Shown here piece after piece: positions 53,683 to 63,660 of a DNA stretch of 64,000 nt. Under the pieces are notes generated by a model that saw nothing but the letters and a program-made list of their open reading frames with translations, ran no database searches and was not told the origin of the DNA. The position numbers were made by a program, and so were the translations under genes. The DNA lies in assembly GCA_045586505.1 (NCBI GenBank), contig JAZNAL010000035.1:13866-77865 (forward strand). Direction: 5' to 3'. The stretch's first letter is position 1. Every line of letters begins with the position of its first letter. This DNA comes from Candidatus Flemingiibacterium sp. Lineage in GTDB: Bacteria > Bacillota > Clostridia > Oscillospirales > CAG-272.

Positions 53683-54675
53683 TTAAATTCCAAAATACGC
53701 GAGCACGCCCGCGATTACGGTTATGAGCGAGAAAACGCCCACAATTTTTAATTCCGTCCATCCGCATTTTTCAAAATGATGATGGATCGGCGCCATTTTG
53801 AATATACGCTTTTTGGTGAGCTTATAGCATCCCACCTGCAGTATAACAGATGCCGCCTCCAGTATATAGACGATGCCCACGATGACAATAATCAGTGGGT
53901 TATCAATCATGTAAGCCATACCGATTGCGAGTCCGCCGAGGAACAGTGAACCGGTATCGCCCATGAATACGCGTGCGGGATAAAAATTGTACACGAGGAA
54001 TCCAAGGCACGCGCCCATAGTGATCCCCGCCGCAACCGCTGTGGGAAGTGCTTCTGTCACAAAGCCCGCAACGGCGAAAAATGCGCCCACCGCAAGAGTC
54101 ACACTGCTCGCCAGGCCATCGATACCGTCGGTGAGATTCACTGCGTTGACGATACCTGTAATAAGCAGTATGGAAAGGATGTAGTAGAATATGCCAAGCT
54201 CCAGCGTCACATCAACGAAAGGAATGTGAAGCTCGCTTGCAAGATTGCCCGTCAGCTTAAGTGCCGCGAGAAAGAGTCCCGCGGAAACCAGCTGCAAAAG
54301 ATACTTCTGCGAAGCGGTCAGACCTTCGTTGCGGTGATTCTTGAACTTTGTCAGATCATCCACGATACCGATGGCGCCGCTTACCGTCGCAAACAGCATG
54401 ACAATTATCAGCTTTTCAAGACCTTCGGCATTATCTGTCATCACCATTGCCACAGAAGCTGCTACAAATACAAGAAGCGAGGCGATAATGAAGCTGATGC
54501 CGCCCATTGTGGGGGTGCCTTCCTTGCTTTTATGCCAGCGCGGACCTATATCAAGAATCTGCTGACCGAGCTTCATGCTCCGGAGTTTCGGAATGAGTAT
54601 TCTCGCACAGATCGCGGTTATAATAAAGGTCGCCGCGATAACCGGCATAAAATATGCGATCATTGTTGTCCTCAT
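53683..54675 (-). CDS. mraY: Phospho-MurNAc-pentapeptide transferase
   Basis: KEGTPTMGG, NAVNLTDGIDGL, FMGDTGS, MAPIHHHFE. Confidence 0.97.
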   Translation of the reverse strand: MRTTMIAYFMPVIAATFIITAICARILIPKLRSMKLGQQILDIGPRWHKSKEGTPTMGGISFIIASLLVFVAASVAMVMTDNAEGLEKLIIVMLFATVSGAIGIVDDLTKFKNHRNEGLTASQKYLLQLVSAGLFLAALKLTGNLASELHIPFVDVTLELGIFYYILSILLITGIVNAVNLTDGIDGLASSVTLAVGAFFAVAGFVTEALPTAVAAGITMGACLGFLVYNFYPARVFMGDTGSLFLGGLAIGMAYMIDNPLIIVIVGIVYILEAASVILQVGCYKLTKKRIFKMAPIHHHFEKCGWTELKIVGVFSLITVIAGVLAYFGI

Positions 54676-54692
54676 GTGCCCTCACCTCACAC

Positions 54693-56126
54693 TTATTTGT
54701 CAATATCCGCGTCGATAAGCTGCTTTAATTCCTCAATAACCCGCTCAAGTCTCACGGCACGGCTGGCTTTGAAAAGTACCGCGTCACCGCGCTCCACAAA
54801 GCTGTATACCATTTTCGCCGTTGCCTTGACATTTTCGGTATTTGTATTGATGCTGATGTTTTCGGGCTTCAAGGCATGATTTATCGCTCCCAGCGCGATG
54901 TTTTCCGCTTCTCTGCCGAAGGTGACCAGCTTGGATATATGTCGCGACGCCACAAGCGTGCCAACCTCCATATGAAGCTGCTTCGAATAATCGCCCAGCT
55001 CACGCATATCGCCCAGCACCGCCACACTGCGGCTGTGATTCTTCTGTGCAAGGCGCGCCAGCACCTCCACCGCCGCCTTCATGGACTCAGGACCTGCATT
55101 ATAGCAGTCCTCGATGATGGTGATTCCTCCGTATTCGTAAATGTTCTGTCTCATTCCCGTGTTGCGGAAGGACATGAGTCCACGCTTGATCTCATCGTCG
55201 TCCATACCGAGCAGTATGCCTACCACGAATGCGTAGGTGGCATCGTACACGTTATGACGTCCGATGCAGGGGATGCGCACATTGGTCACCACACGTCTGC
55301 CTGCCACAAGATCGAATTCGGTACTGTCCTCGTACTCTCGGATATTCAGCGCACGGTAGTCAGCTTGGGGATTCTGAAGTGAAACAAAGATAAGCTTCTG
55401 CGAAAGTCTTCCCTTCTGCGCAAACAGCATAGGCTCATCGGCATTGAGGATAACATATCCGTCCTCGGGCACGCCTTCGGCGATCTCGAGCTTGGCGCGG
55501 CATATATTTTCTCTGGAGCCGAGGTTTTCAATATGAGAATTGCCAATATTGGTGATAAGCGCGATATCGGGCTTTGCAATCATTGTCATGCGCGAGATCT
55601 CACCAAGTCCGCTCATACCCATTTCGAGTACGCAAACCTGGGTAGTTTCGGGCATATCAAGTACCGACAGCGGCATTCCGATCTCGTTGTTGAAGTTGCC
55701 CGCCGTCTTATGGGCAAGATACTTCGCACCCGCCACCGCATAGATAAATTCCTTGGTGGTGGTCTTGCCGACGCTTCCCGTCACAGCTACCGTTCGCGGA
55801 TGGATGCGCGCCTTGTACGCACTTGCCACTTTGCCGAGTGCTTCAACCGAGCTTTCAACCACTAGTACCCTCTCTGCCTGCTCCGCATCAAGACCTTCCG
55901 GTATGCGCTCGGCGATCACCGCCACAGCACCGCGGGACAGCGCCTGAGGAATAAAGTCGTGTCCGTCGAAGCGCTCGCCCTTGATCGCTACAAACAGTGC
56001 GCCCGACTCGCTCTCGCGCGAATCGGTAACGATAGAGCTTATATCATAAGATACGTCACAGCGAGCGCCCAAAATCTTCGCAAGTGTAACCGTATCAAAC
56101 ACCGCTATTTTATACTTAATGCCCAT
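54693..56126 (-). CDS. murF: MurF ligase
   Basis: GERFDGHDF, TGSVGKTTTK, GNFNNEIG, EMGM, DCYNAGPESM, LGDMRELG, KASR. Confidence 0.95.
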   Translation of the reverse strand: MGIKYKIAVFDTVTLAKILGARCDVSYDISSIVTDSRESESGALFVAIKGERFDGHDFIPQALSRGAVAVIAERIPEGLDAEQAERVLVVESSVEALGKVASAYKARIHPRTVAVTGSVGKTTTKEFIYAVAGAKYLAHKTAGNFNNEIGMPLSVLDMPETTQVCVLEMGMSGLGEISRMTMIAKPDIALITNIGNSHIENLGSRENICRAKLEIAEGVPEDGYVILNADEPMLFAQKGRLSQKLIFVSLQNPQADYRALNIREYEDSTEFDLVAGRRVVTNVRIPCIGRHNVYDATYAFVVGILLGMDDDEIKRGLMSFRNTGMRQNIYEYGGITIIEDCYNAGPESMKAAVEVLARLAQKNHSRSVAVLGDMRELGDYSKQLHMEVGTLVASRHISKLVTFGREAENIALGAINHALKPENISINTNTENVKATAKMVYSFVERGDAVLFKASRAVRLERVIEELKQLIDADIDK

Positions 56127-56149
56127 TTTGCCTGTTCCTTTCTTTTATG

Positions 56150-57670
56150 TCACGGCGTCCTCCCGCCGCATATCCGCAAAGCCGTCTCACGGATTATTTC
56201 GGTCTCCGAGAACGGATGCTTGCCAAACGCATCGATTTCGTAGTCCTCGTGACCCTTGCCTGCAAGGAGTATCACATCCCCCGGACGGTGGTTTTCAATT
56301 ACAAATTCTATAGCCTTATTTCGGCGTTCTATTACCTTGCAGTCCGCTCCGTCAGCCGCCCCGCGCAGTATATCACAGATTATGGAGCGCGGATTCTCGG
56401 TACGGCTGTTATCTCCCGTGATTACGGTGAGATTTGCAAGGGTGGTGGCTATTCTGCCCATTATCGGGCGCTTGGTCTTATCCCGGTCTCCGCCGCAACC
56501 GAACACTGCCACAAGTCTGCCGTGAGGTTTTTTCATGGAAAGCAAGGTGTGAAGCACATTTTCAAGTGCGTCGGGAGAGTGCGCGTAGTCGATGAACACC
56601 TCAAAATCGCATCCGGCGGGAAGCGCAACGCGCTCCATCCTTCCGGGTATCTGCGGACACTGCATAAGTGCCGAGGCAATGACCTCCGACTTGATGGCAA
56701 ACAGCCTTGCACAGCTTGCCGCAGCAAGAGTATTCGCCACCATAAACCGTCCCGCCACGGGACATATGATCCTGCGATACTCATTTTTGTCACGAAAGGT
56801 GTATGCTATACCGTCAGTGCCGTCAAAGACAGCATTTATTGCTGAATACGTCGCTGTACCACCCCCCGCCGAGTAGGTCACAGCGGGAATCACGATCTCG
56901 GTGCCAAGCCTTACGGCATATCTGTCGTCCGCATTTATAATCGCCACACCGCAGAGTGAAAACAGCCTGCGCTTGGCGAGATAATATTCCTCCATGTTGC
57001 CGTGATAGTCGAGGTGGTCCTGTGTCAGTCCCGTAAATATACCCGCAGTGAAGAAAAGCGGGTCCAGACGGTACTGGGAGAGCGAATGTGACGACGCTTC
57101 CATGAAAACGATCTCAACCCCTGCATCCGCCATACGCGACAGCATGGGATACAGCTTTTCGGGCGCGGGAGTGGTCATGGAGTTAACATTCGAGGTGGCG
57201 CTGTCCGATATAACGACTGCTTCGTCACCTATAAAACAGCGTACCGTACCGATAACTCCCGTCACATAGCCCGCCCGCTTGAATATTTCCCGCAGGAAAT
57301 AGGTGGTGGACGTTTTTCCGTTGGTTCCCGTCACCGCCACAATTATCATCCGATCCGACGGCCGGCCGCACTGCTCGTTCCACATATGCGCGCACGCAAG
57401 CCGTGTATTTTCCACCGTTATGTAATGTATCTCCGGATGAAGCGCAAGATAGGGAGTTGTGTGCTCACACACAATAAGCCTCGCGCCGTGCTCGACGGCG
57501 GTGCAGATAAAATCGTGACCGTCCGCCTTCTCACCCTTTATGGCGATAAATGTGTCGCCCTCTTCACATTCCAGTGAATTTGTGCGTAGTGTCCCGCACT
57601 CAATATTAAAGTCCTCAAGATTAGTTCCCGTGATGCCGACCTTTCGTGTCAGCTCGTCAAGTCTTGCCAT
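56150..57670 (-). CDS. murE: MurE ligase (mDAP-adding type)
   Basis: TGTNGKTST, MEASSH, QDHLDYH, DYAHSPD, FGCGGDRD, DNSR, GKGHE. Confidence 0.95.
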   Translation of the reverse strand: MARLDELTRKVGITGTNLEDFNIECGTLRTNSLECEEGDTFIAIKGEKADGHDFICTAVEHGARLIVCEHTTPYLALHPEIHYITVENTRLACAHMWNEQCGRPSDRMIIVAVTGTNGKTSTTYFLREIFKRAGYVTGVIGTVRCFIGDEAVVISDSATSNVNSMTTPAPEKLYPMLSRMADAGVEIVFMEASSHSLSQYRLDPLFFTAGIFTGLTQDHLDYHGNMEEYYLAKRRLFSLCGVAIINADDRYAVRLGTEIVIPAVTYSAGGGTATYSAINAVFDGTDGIAYTFRDKNEYRRIICPVAGRFMVANTLAAASCARLFAIKSEVIASALMQCPQIPGRMERVALPAGCDFEVFIDYAHSPDALENVLHTLLSMKKPHGRLVAVFGCGGDRDKTKRPIMGRIATTLANLTVITGDNSRTENPRSIICDILRGAADGADCKVIERRNKAIEFVIENHRPGDVILLAGKGHEDYEIDAFGKHPFSETEIIRETALRICGGRTP

Positions 57671-57735
57671 ATTTTCTTCCTCCTCGCGGTATATCTTTGA
57701 TAAGATATTACGCGAGGGGGAGGGAGTTTATGACA

Positions 57736-60066
57736 TCAGTCCGTACCGTCCATGTAACGGAATTCCACGGTAACTATGGTACCGGGCTTAACCTGTGTGC
57801 CGGCTTCGGGAGTTTGGGAAATTACCACAGCTCCTCCGCCCACATTGTAGTTTGTTGCGCCCTCTACCTTGATGTTAAGGTCTGCATTTATGATCAGTCG
57901 GTTACACATAGTCGCGTTCTGTCCCATAACATCGGGGACAGTGACCGTATCCGACGGCTGGGCTTCGCCCGTGTAAAGGTATACGCATCCGTTTTCAAGC
58001 GACAAACGGCTTCCGCCTTCGGGGGACTGAGCAGTGACAACGCCCTTACCGCCGCCGATGATCTCGAATTTCAGTTTTCTGTTGGTAATATAGAGTGTTG
58101 CATCCTCGACTGTCATACCGGTAAGAGTGGTAATGCCCACATCTATCTTCGCAAGCTCCTCCTCGGTGTACTGAGGCTCGTAGCCGAGATACGGCAGAGC
58201 TACCGACAGGAAGTTTGAGATGTAAGGAGCCGCAACGATACTTCCGTAGGAACCGCCCGAGGTTGGCTCGTCAACGATTATGATGACCGCGATCTGCGGA
58301 TCATCCGCGGGAGCATATGCCACGGTAGATCCGATACGGAAGGGGCGCTCGGATGTAACCCATTCGTCGTTTATGGTCACCACATTGCCCTCGGCATCGT
58401 AGTATACATATTTATCCTGCTTCTGCGAGGTACCGGTCTTAGCCGCAACGCTGTAGCCCTTGGTGTACGCGTTCTTCGCGCCGCCGTCGGTAGCCACGCC
58501 CTCGGCAAGAATCTGTGTGATGGTCTCGCAGGTTGACTCGGAGAACACCTGCACCTTTTCCTCGGTCTCGTAGGAGTAGATGACGTTTCCGTCGTCATCC
58601 ACCATTTCCTTTAAAACATGGGGAGTCACAAGATGACCGCCGTTTGCGACAGTGCAGATAGCGGTAAGCTGCTGAAGAGGGGTCGCCTTGAAGGTCTGTC
58701 CGAAGGAATAGACCGCAAGCTCGACGTTACCCATGACCTTCTCCTCGTGATAGCTTCCGTAAGCCTCACCGGTAAGGTCAACGCCGGTACGGGTTGTATA
58801 ACCCAGCGCCTTGAAATACTTATAAAACGTCTCGCGCCCGATCTTTGCGATGGTGTTCATCATAAGCGGGTTGCAGGACTGCTGAAGTCCGCGTGCGAAT
58901 GTAACCTGTCCGTGTCCCGCAAGCCGGTGACAGCTGATGGGGGTAGCATATCCCTCTACGAAATAGTGTCCGCGGCAGTAGAAAGGATCGTCGATATTGA
59001 CAACTCCCTCCTCGATAGCAATAGCGGAGGTAATGATCTTAAAGGTGGAACCCGGCTCATAGGGCTCGTTAACGATTTTGTTGTTCCACATCTGATAGAT
59101 GAGCTCTGTGCGAAGCTTGTTATATTCCTCAGTGCCCTCAGTGAGACCGCTTGTTGTCAGCTTGGAAAGGTACTCCTCGGCGAGAGTATAGGGATCGTTG
59201 CAGTCATACCCGGGCACTACCGCACCCGCAAGAATACCGCCAGTATTCACGTCCATGACGATACCGCATACACGGTTTCCTGCCTGGGAGGACTCATAAG
59301 CCGCCATAAGCTGATTCTCCAGCTCATACTGCAGACGCATATCTATAGTGGTCACCATGTTGGCACCGTTTTCCGCGCCTACATAGCTCTCGTATTTGAA
59401 GGGCATCTCCTGCTGTACCGCATTTTTTGCGGTAATATACTTACCGGTGGTGCCTTTTAAATAATCGTTATATGTAGCCTCAACGCCATAAACTCCGTCA
59501 CCGTCGGAATTTGTGAAGCCGATAAGATGACTTGCCAGATTTCCGTAGCAGTAGTAGCGTTTGGATTCGGCGGAAAGGTTAAGAAGTCCCGAAAAGCCCT
59601 TTTCGTTTATAAACTGTCGAAGTACATTCGCAGTTTCGGGATCCACGTTTTTCTTGATGGTCTCATCCTTGCGGTTGATCTTCTGAGATTTTTCGATAAC
59701 GGTATTGTAATCGACGCCCAGCACCTCCACGAGCTTCTCGGCAATCTCACGCGCCGCCTGTCCCGATACATAGTCGTTGTCGTCCTCCTGCTCGAAGGCA
59801 GCAATGGCATGGGGAGAGATAAATACGCGGTATACCGTGGTATTGGTCACAAGCAGATTCATGTTGGTGTCAAATATCTTACCTCGCTCGGCAGTGGTAG
59901 TGACCTCACTGGTAAGCTGATCTATAACTATCGCCTGATACTTGTCGTTATTCACTATCTGCAGTCCGAACAGGCGGATCATCAGAAACACCCAACCCGC
60001 AACCACAAACGCCGCAAACACAAGTGTTCGTCTGAACATCACGCTTTTCTGTGACAAAAAAGGCAT
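57736..60066 (-). CDS. Class B penicillin-binding protein with two PASTA domains (FtsI/SpoVD type)
   Basis: RGKIFD, EPGSTFK (SxxK), SCN, KTGT; C-terminal PASTA repeats. Confidence 0.92.
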   Translation of the reverse strand: MPFLSQKSVMFRRTLVFAAFVVAGWVFLMIRLFGLQIVNNDKYQAIVIDQLTSEVTTTAERGKIFDTNMNLLVTNTTVYRVFISPHAIAAFEQEDDNDYVSGQAAREIAEKLVEVLGVDYNTVIEKSQKINRKDETIKKNVDPETANVLRQFINEKGFSGLLNLSAESKRYYCYGNLASHLIGFTNSDGDGVYGVEATYNDYLKGTTGKYITAKNAVQQEMPFKYESYVGAENGANMVTTIDMRLQYELENQLMAAYESSQAGNRVCGIVMDVNTGGILAGAVVPGYDCNDPYTLAEEYLSKLTTSGLTEGTEEYNKLRTELIYQMWNNKIVNEPYEPGSTFKIITSAIAIEEGVVNIDDPFYCRGHYFVEGYATPISCHRLAGHGQVTFARGLQQSCNPLMMNTIAKIGRETFYKYFKALGYTTRTGVDLTGEAYGSYHEEKVMGNVELAVYSFGQTFKATPLQQLTAICTVANGGHLVTPHVLKEMVDDDGNVIYSYETEEKVQVFSESTCETITQILAEGVATDGGAKNAYTKGYSVAAKTGTSQKQDKYVYYDAEGNVVTINDEWVTSERPFRIGSTVAYAPADDPQIAVIIIVDEPTSGGSYGSIVAAPYISNFLSVALPYLGYEPQYTEEELAKIDVGITTLTGMTVEDATLYITNRKLKFEIIGGGKGVVTAQSPEGGSRLSLENGCVYLYTGEAQPSDTVTVPDVMGQNATMCNRLIINADLNIKVEGATNYNVGGGAVVISQTPEAGTQVKPGTIVTVEFRYMDGTD

Positions 60067-60188
60067 CTTTATCCTCCCGAAAAATGGCAAATTACGGAGA
60101 GTAAGCGACTTTACGTGGTGCCTACTCTCCGAGGTGTGTTGTAACTATTACAATAATACTGTGAAATGTTAAAAATATACCTTGGGCG

Positions 60189-61004
60189 TCACATTCCGAA
60201 GAATCCGCGAATACGCTCCACAAGTGATCCGCCGAAGCTCATGATACCGTCAAAGAAGTTTGTGTTTACCTCCTCGACCTCCTCCACAAGCTCTATCTTG
60301 TCTTCCTTGTGTACGGTAAGGTAGAAGCGCTCGACCTGATCCTTCTTGACCATGCCGAGATCCTCCTTTGCCATATCCTCTACCACGCGAAGGTCATCGC
60401 GTGTCTCAAGCAAAAGTCTCAGTTCATTCTCCTCTGACACCATGGAGTTATACCTGCGTTCCAGGGCGGAATTTTCCAATGTGATCTCGCTTATCTGCAC
60501 CGATGTGGTAACTATCGCCATGATGAGCACCGTAAAGCAGAGCGCGATCAGCACGATGGAGAGCGGGAATGAGTATTTTTTCTCAACAACTATGGTATGT
60601 ATTGCAACGATGGATTTTTTGCGGAGCTTATCCGCTTTCTTTACCTGCTCCTTGACCGTATCAGCCGCTTTTTCACGCGCCCTCGCGGCACTCTGTGCCG
60701 AGGCACGCGATTTTGCGCCCGCTGCAGCTCTTGTACCGGTCTTTGCAAAGCCGCGTCCGTATCCGGGATGCGCACCCGCAGTCGGTGCGGGTCTGCGAGC
60801 CGCCGCGGTGGAATTAACGGTACGAGCACCGTTTTTTACTCCCGCACGGCCCTGCTGTGACGTATTCTGTGCACTTGCGTTGTTCCTCGGGCGGTTATTG
60901 TTTATAAGACTATCCCAGGAATACTCCTTATAAGAGGGATGGGTGGAGATGCGGTTATCTGCCGCTTGTGTATTCTTTTTATTTTTGAATGCAGCTTCGG
61001 TCAT
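60189..61004 (-). CDS. ftsL: FtsL-like protein with long N-terminal extension
   Basis: One TM helix, coiled coil, VEDMAKEDLGMV motif; between rsmH and the PBP gene. Confidence 0.75.
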   Translation of the reverse strand: MTEAAFKNKKNTQAADNRISTHPSYKEYSWDSLINNNRPRNNASAQNTSQQGRAGVKNGARTVNSTAAARRPAPTAGAHPGYGRGFAKTGTRAAAGAKSRASAQSAARAREKAADTVKEQVKKADKLRKKSIVAIHTIVVEKKYSFPLSIVLIALCFTVLIMAIVTTSVQISEITLENSALERRYNSMVSEENELRLLLETRDDLRVVEDMAKEDLGMVKKDQVERFYLTVHKEDKIELVEEVEEVNTNFFDGIMSFGGSLVERIRGFFGM

Positions 61005-61028
61005 TTTCGCTTATCTCCTTATCATTAA

Positions 61029-61976
61029 CTATATTTTTTCCGCGATCCTGAGCTTAGCACTGTGGGAACGGGAATTTTCCGATAGCTCCTTCTCCGACGG
61101 GAGAATGGGCTTGTGGGTTATCTGCTTGATTTTTGGCTTTTTGCCGCAGACACATACGGGGAAATCCTTCGGGCAGGTACATCCCTTGGAGTTTTCGGCG
61201 AAGGTCTGCTTTACTATTCTGTCCTCCAGCGAGTGGAAGGTTATCACCGACAGTCTTCCACCCTCGGAAAGCGCGTATATAAGCGCCTCCAGCGTGGGCT
61301 CGATTATGGAAAGCTCCGAATTGACCTCTATGCGGATCGCCTGGAACGCACGCTTTGCGGGATGGGAGCCTGCCTCACGCGCCTTCGCGGGAACCGCCGC
61401 TTTTATGATCTCCACCAGCTCGAGTGTAGTCTCGATGGGCTTTGCCTCACGTGCGGCGCAGATGCCGCGGGCGATGCGCCCTGCGAAGCGTTCCTCGCTG
61501 TAGTCGAATATGATCTTCTTAAGCTGTGCCTCCGAGTAGGTGTTGACTACCGTGTAGGCGGAAAGTGCCGCGTCGGGATCCATTCGCATATCCAGCGGCG
61601 CGTCGTGCATATAAGAGAAGCCGCGCTCGGGTGTATCCAGCTGATAGGACGATACGCCAAGGTCGATGACCGCGCCGTCGATCTTATTGATCTCAAGCCG
61701 TCTTAAAACCTCTCCAACATTTCTGAAGTTGTCGCGCACAAACTCAATTTTATCGGCATAGGGCGCAAGGCGCACCTTGGATGCTGCAATCGCCGCGCCG
61801 TCCTGATCAATGGCGATAAGCTTGCCGCCCTCTGTGAGTCTCGATGCTATCGCCTCGGAATGGCCTCCGCCGCCGAGGGTGCAGTCAACATATATGCCGT
61901 TCGGTTTAATATTAAGTCCGTCCACCGATTCGCCAAGAAGCACCGAATAGTGAGAAAATGAAGGTGTAGCTTCCAT
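61029..61976 (-). CDS. rsmH: 16S rRNA m4C1402 methyltransferase
   Basis: [47 protein letters not shown]. Confidence 0.98.
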   Translation of the reverse strand: MEATPSFSHYSVLLGESVDGLNIKPNGIYVDCTLGGGGHSEAIASRLTEGGKLIAIDQDGAAIAASKVRLAPYADKIEFVRDNFRNVGEVLRRLEINKIDGAVIDLGVSSYQLDTPERGFSYMHDAPLDMRMDPDAALSAYTVVNTYSEAQLKKIIFDYSEERFAGRIARGICAAREAKPIETTLELVEIIKAAVPAKAREAGSHPAKRAFQAIRIEVNSELSIIEPTLEALIYALSEGGRLSVITFHSLEDRIVKQTFAENSKGCTCPKDFPVCVCGKKPKIKQITHKPILPSEKELSENSRSHSAKLRIAEKI

Positions 61977-62395
61977 TAAAGTCCCAGCTCCTTCATCTGT
62001 GCTTCTATCTCTGCCGCATCGTCGCCAGACTTCATAGTCTCCCAGCGCTCAGCCGCCCATAATTCAGCATGGTCGCCGACGCCAAGGAATGCCGCCTCCT
62101 TTTCAAGGCTTGCGTATTCACGAAGGCTCTGCGGAATGGTGATGCGTCCGTGTGCATCGGGTGTAACCTCCGACGCAAAGGTGAAAAGGAAGCGCTTGAT
62201 GGCTTTGGTTTGTGACGTGGGAAGCTCGGACAGCTTGTCGGAAAATCTCTGCCACTCATCCAGGTGATACAGCGACAGACAGCCGTCAACACTGCGCGAC
62301 AGAATAAAGGTCTCGCCAAGGTCCTCGCGTAATTTTGCGGGAACGAACACACGCGATTTGGCATCGATCGTATGTAAATATTCACCTGTAAGCAT
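61976..62395 (-). CDS. mraZ: MraZ transcriptional regulator
   Basis: [34 protein letters not shown]; start at MLTG. Confidence 0.95.
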   Translation of the reverse strand: MLTGEYLHTIDAKSRVFVPAKLREDLGETFILSRSVDGCLSLYHLDEWQRFSDKLSELPTSQTKAIKRFLFTFASEVTPDAHGRITIPQSLREYASLEKEAAFLGVGDHAELWAAERWETMKSGDDAAEIEAQMKELGL

Positions 62396-62400
62396 CCCAT

Positions 62401-62492
62401 CCACCCCACTTTCACCGTTTATTTGGGAATATTCACCACTTTGCACCTATTTGCACCACTTATATTATAATACATCCCGCGAAAAATTTCAA
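62401..62492 (-). promoter_or_regulatory. dcw promoter with MraZ-binding repeats
   Basis: TTGAAA, 17 bp, TATAAT (62487-92, 62464-69), then 10-bp-period AGTGGTG/ATAGGTG/AGTGGTG/AGTGGGG. Confidence 0.75.
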
Positions 62493-62603
62493 TAGTTTTC
62501 GCGAGATTTTTTTGACAATATGCAATTTTTTTGAATATTTTTCACGATATTATACCATGCAACCACCAATACAGTAGCATAGTTACATTTATGTAAAATT
62601 ATG

Positions 62604-63095
62604 TTATTTTTTTCTGTAAAATTCTGCAATCAGCGGAGCGACGCCTGCGGGTACACTCTTTGTGTAATCACAGCCGTAACGGATGAGCTCACGCACCATT
62701 GTGGAGCTTACGTGCATATACTCCGCCTTGGTGGGAATTATCACCGTATCAAGCTCTGCTTCAAGGGAGCGATTGATAAGTGCCAAGGACTGCTCGTAGT
62801 CGAAATCGGAGGCAGTGCGAGCCCCCTTCACCACAGTTCCGATGCCGTGCTCGCGGGCGTAGTCGACAAGCAGTCCGCCGAAAGAATCCACACGGACGTT
62901 GGGAACTCCCGCAAATGCCGCTTTAAGCATACAAAGCCGCTCCTCGGCACTGAAGAAGCCGTTTTTCGATGAATTGACAAACTCCGTCACATAAACCTCG
63001 TCAAACATTTTTGCCGCACGCATAACAAGGTCGTAATGACCGACGGTCACCGGGTCAAAGCTTCCCGATATAAGAGCTTTTTTGGGATTCAACAT
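62604..63095 (-). CDS. coaD: Phosphopantetheine adenylyltransferase
   Basis: SGSFDPVTVGH, DFDYE, VSSTMVRE. Confidence 0.96.
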   Translation of the reverse strand: MLNPKKALISGSFDPVTVGHYDLVMRAAKMFDEVYVTEFVNSSKNGFFSAEERLCMLKAAFAGVPNVRVDSFGGLLVDYAREHGIGTVVKGARTASDFDYEQSLALINRSLEAELDTVIIPTKAEYMHVSSTMVRELIRYGCDYTKSVPAGVAPLIAEFYRKK

Positions 63096-63099
63096 ACAC

Positions 63100-63660
63100 T
63101 CATTCCTTTCTTGTCAGCACTGTGATATAAACGCGTCCGTAGCGGTTCTGCTTCTCGATGTTAAACCGCTCCGCAAGAGCGGTATCCCCTTCGAAGATGT
63201 CATCACGCTCATCCTCGCAGAAGATCCACGCGCCATCGGAAAGCAGATCGGAATCCGCAAGTTTGGCCAACGCTTTTTTGAGCATCCCGCTTCCGTAGGG
63301 CGGATCGAGGAAGATGAAATCGTACTTGTACTTGCCGTTTGATGCGCGCAGGAAGTCCGAATAGTCGCTCGTCACGATGCGGCAGCGCTCGAAAAGATGT
63401 GTCTTCTGTGCGTTTTTCTTAATGATCGCCACCGCTTCGGCGGACTTGTCCACCATGTGCGCCTTTTCGGCACCGCGACTGAGGGCTTCAAGTCCCATCT
63501 GACCGCTTCCCGCGAAAAGATCAAGCACAAAAGCATCGGGCAGATCGAACTGTATCATGGAAAATATTGCTTCTTTAACGCGCTCGGCGGTGGGACGGGT
63601 AGCTTCCCCGTCAAGGGTCTCAAGTCTTGTCCCGCGAGCGGTTCCAGTGATGATTCTCAT
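63100..63660 (-). CDS. rsmD: 16S rRNA m2G966 methyltransferase
   Basis: MRIITG, RPTAERVKEAIF, LDLFAGSG, EALSRGA, DPPY. Confidence 0.96.
   Translation of the reverse strand: MRIITGTARGTRLETLDGEATRPTAERVKEAIFSMIQFDLPDAFVLDLFAGSGQMGLEALSRGAEKAHMVDKSAEAVAIIKKNAQKTHLFERCRIVTSDYSDFLRASNGKYKYDFIFLDPPYGSGMLKKALAKLADSDLLSDGAWIFCEDERDDIFEGDTALAERFNIEKQNRYGRVYITVLTRKE

Noticed and set aside
52498-53751. 417-aa + strand ORF
   Set aside because: Antisense shadow of ftsW.
58618-59460. 280-aa + strand ORF
   Set aside because: Antisense shadow of the PBP gene.
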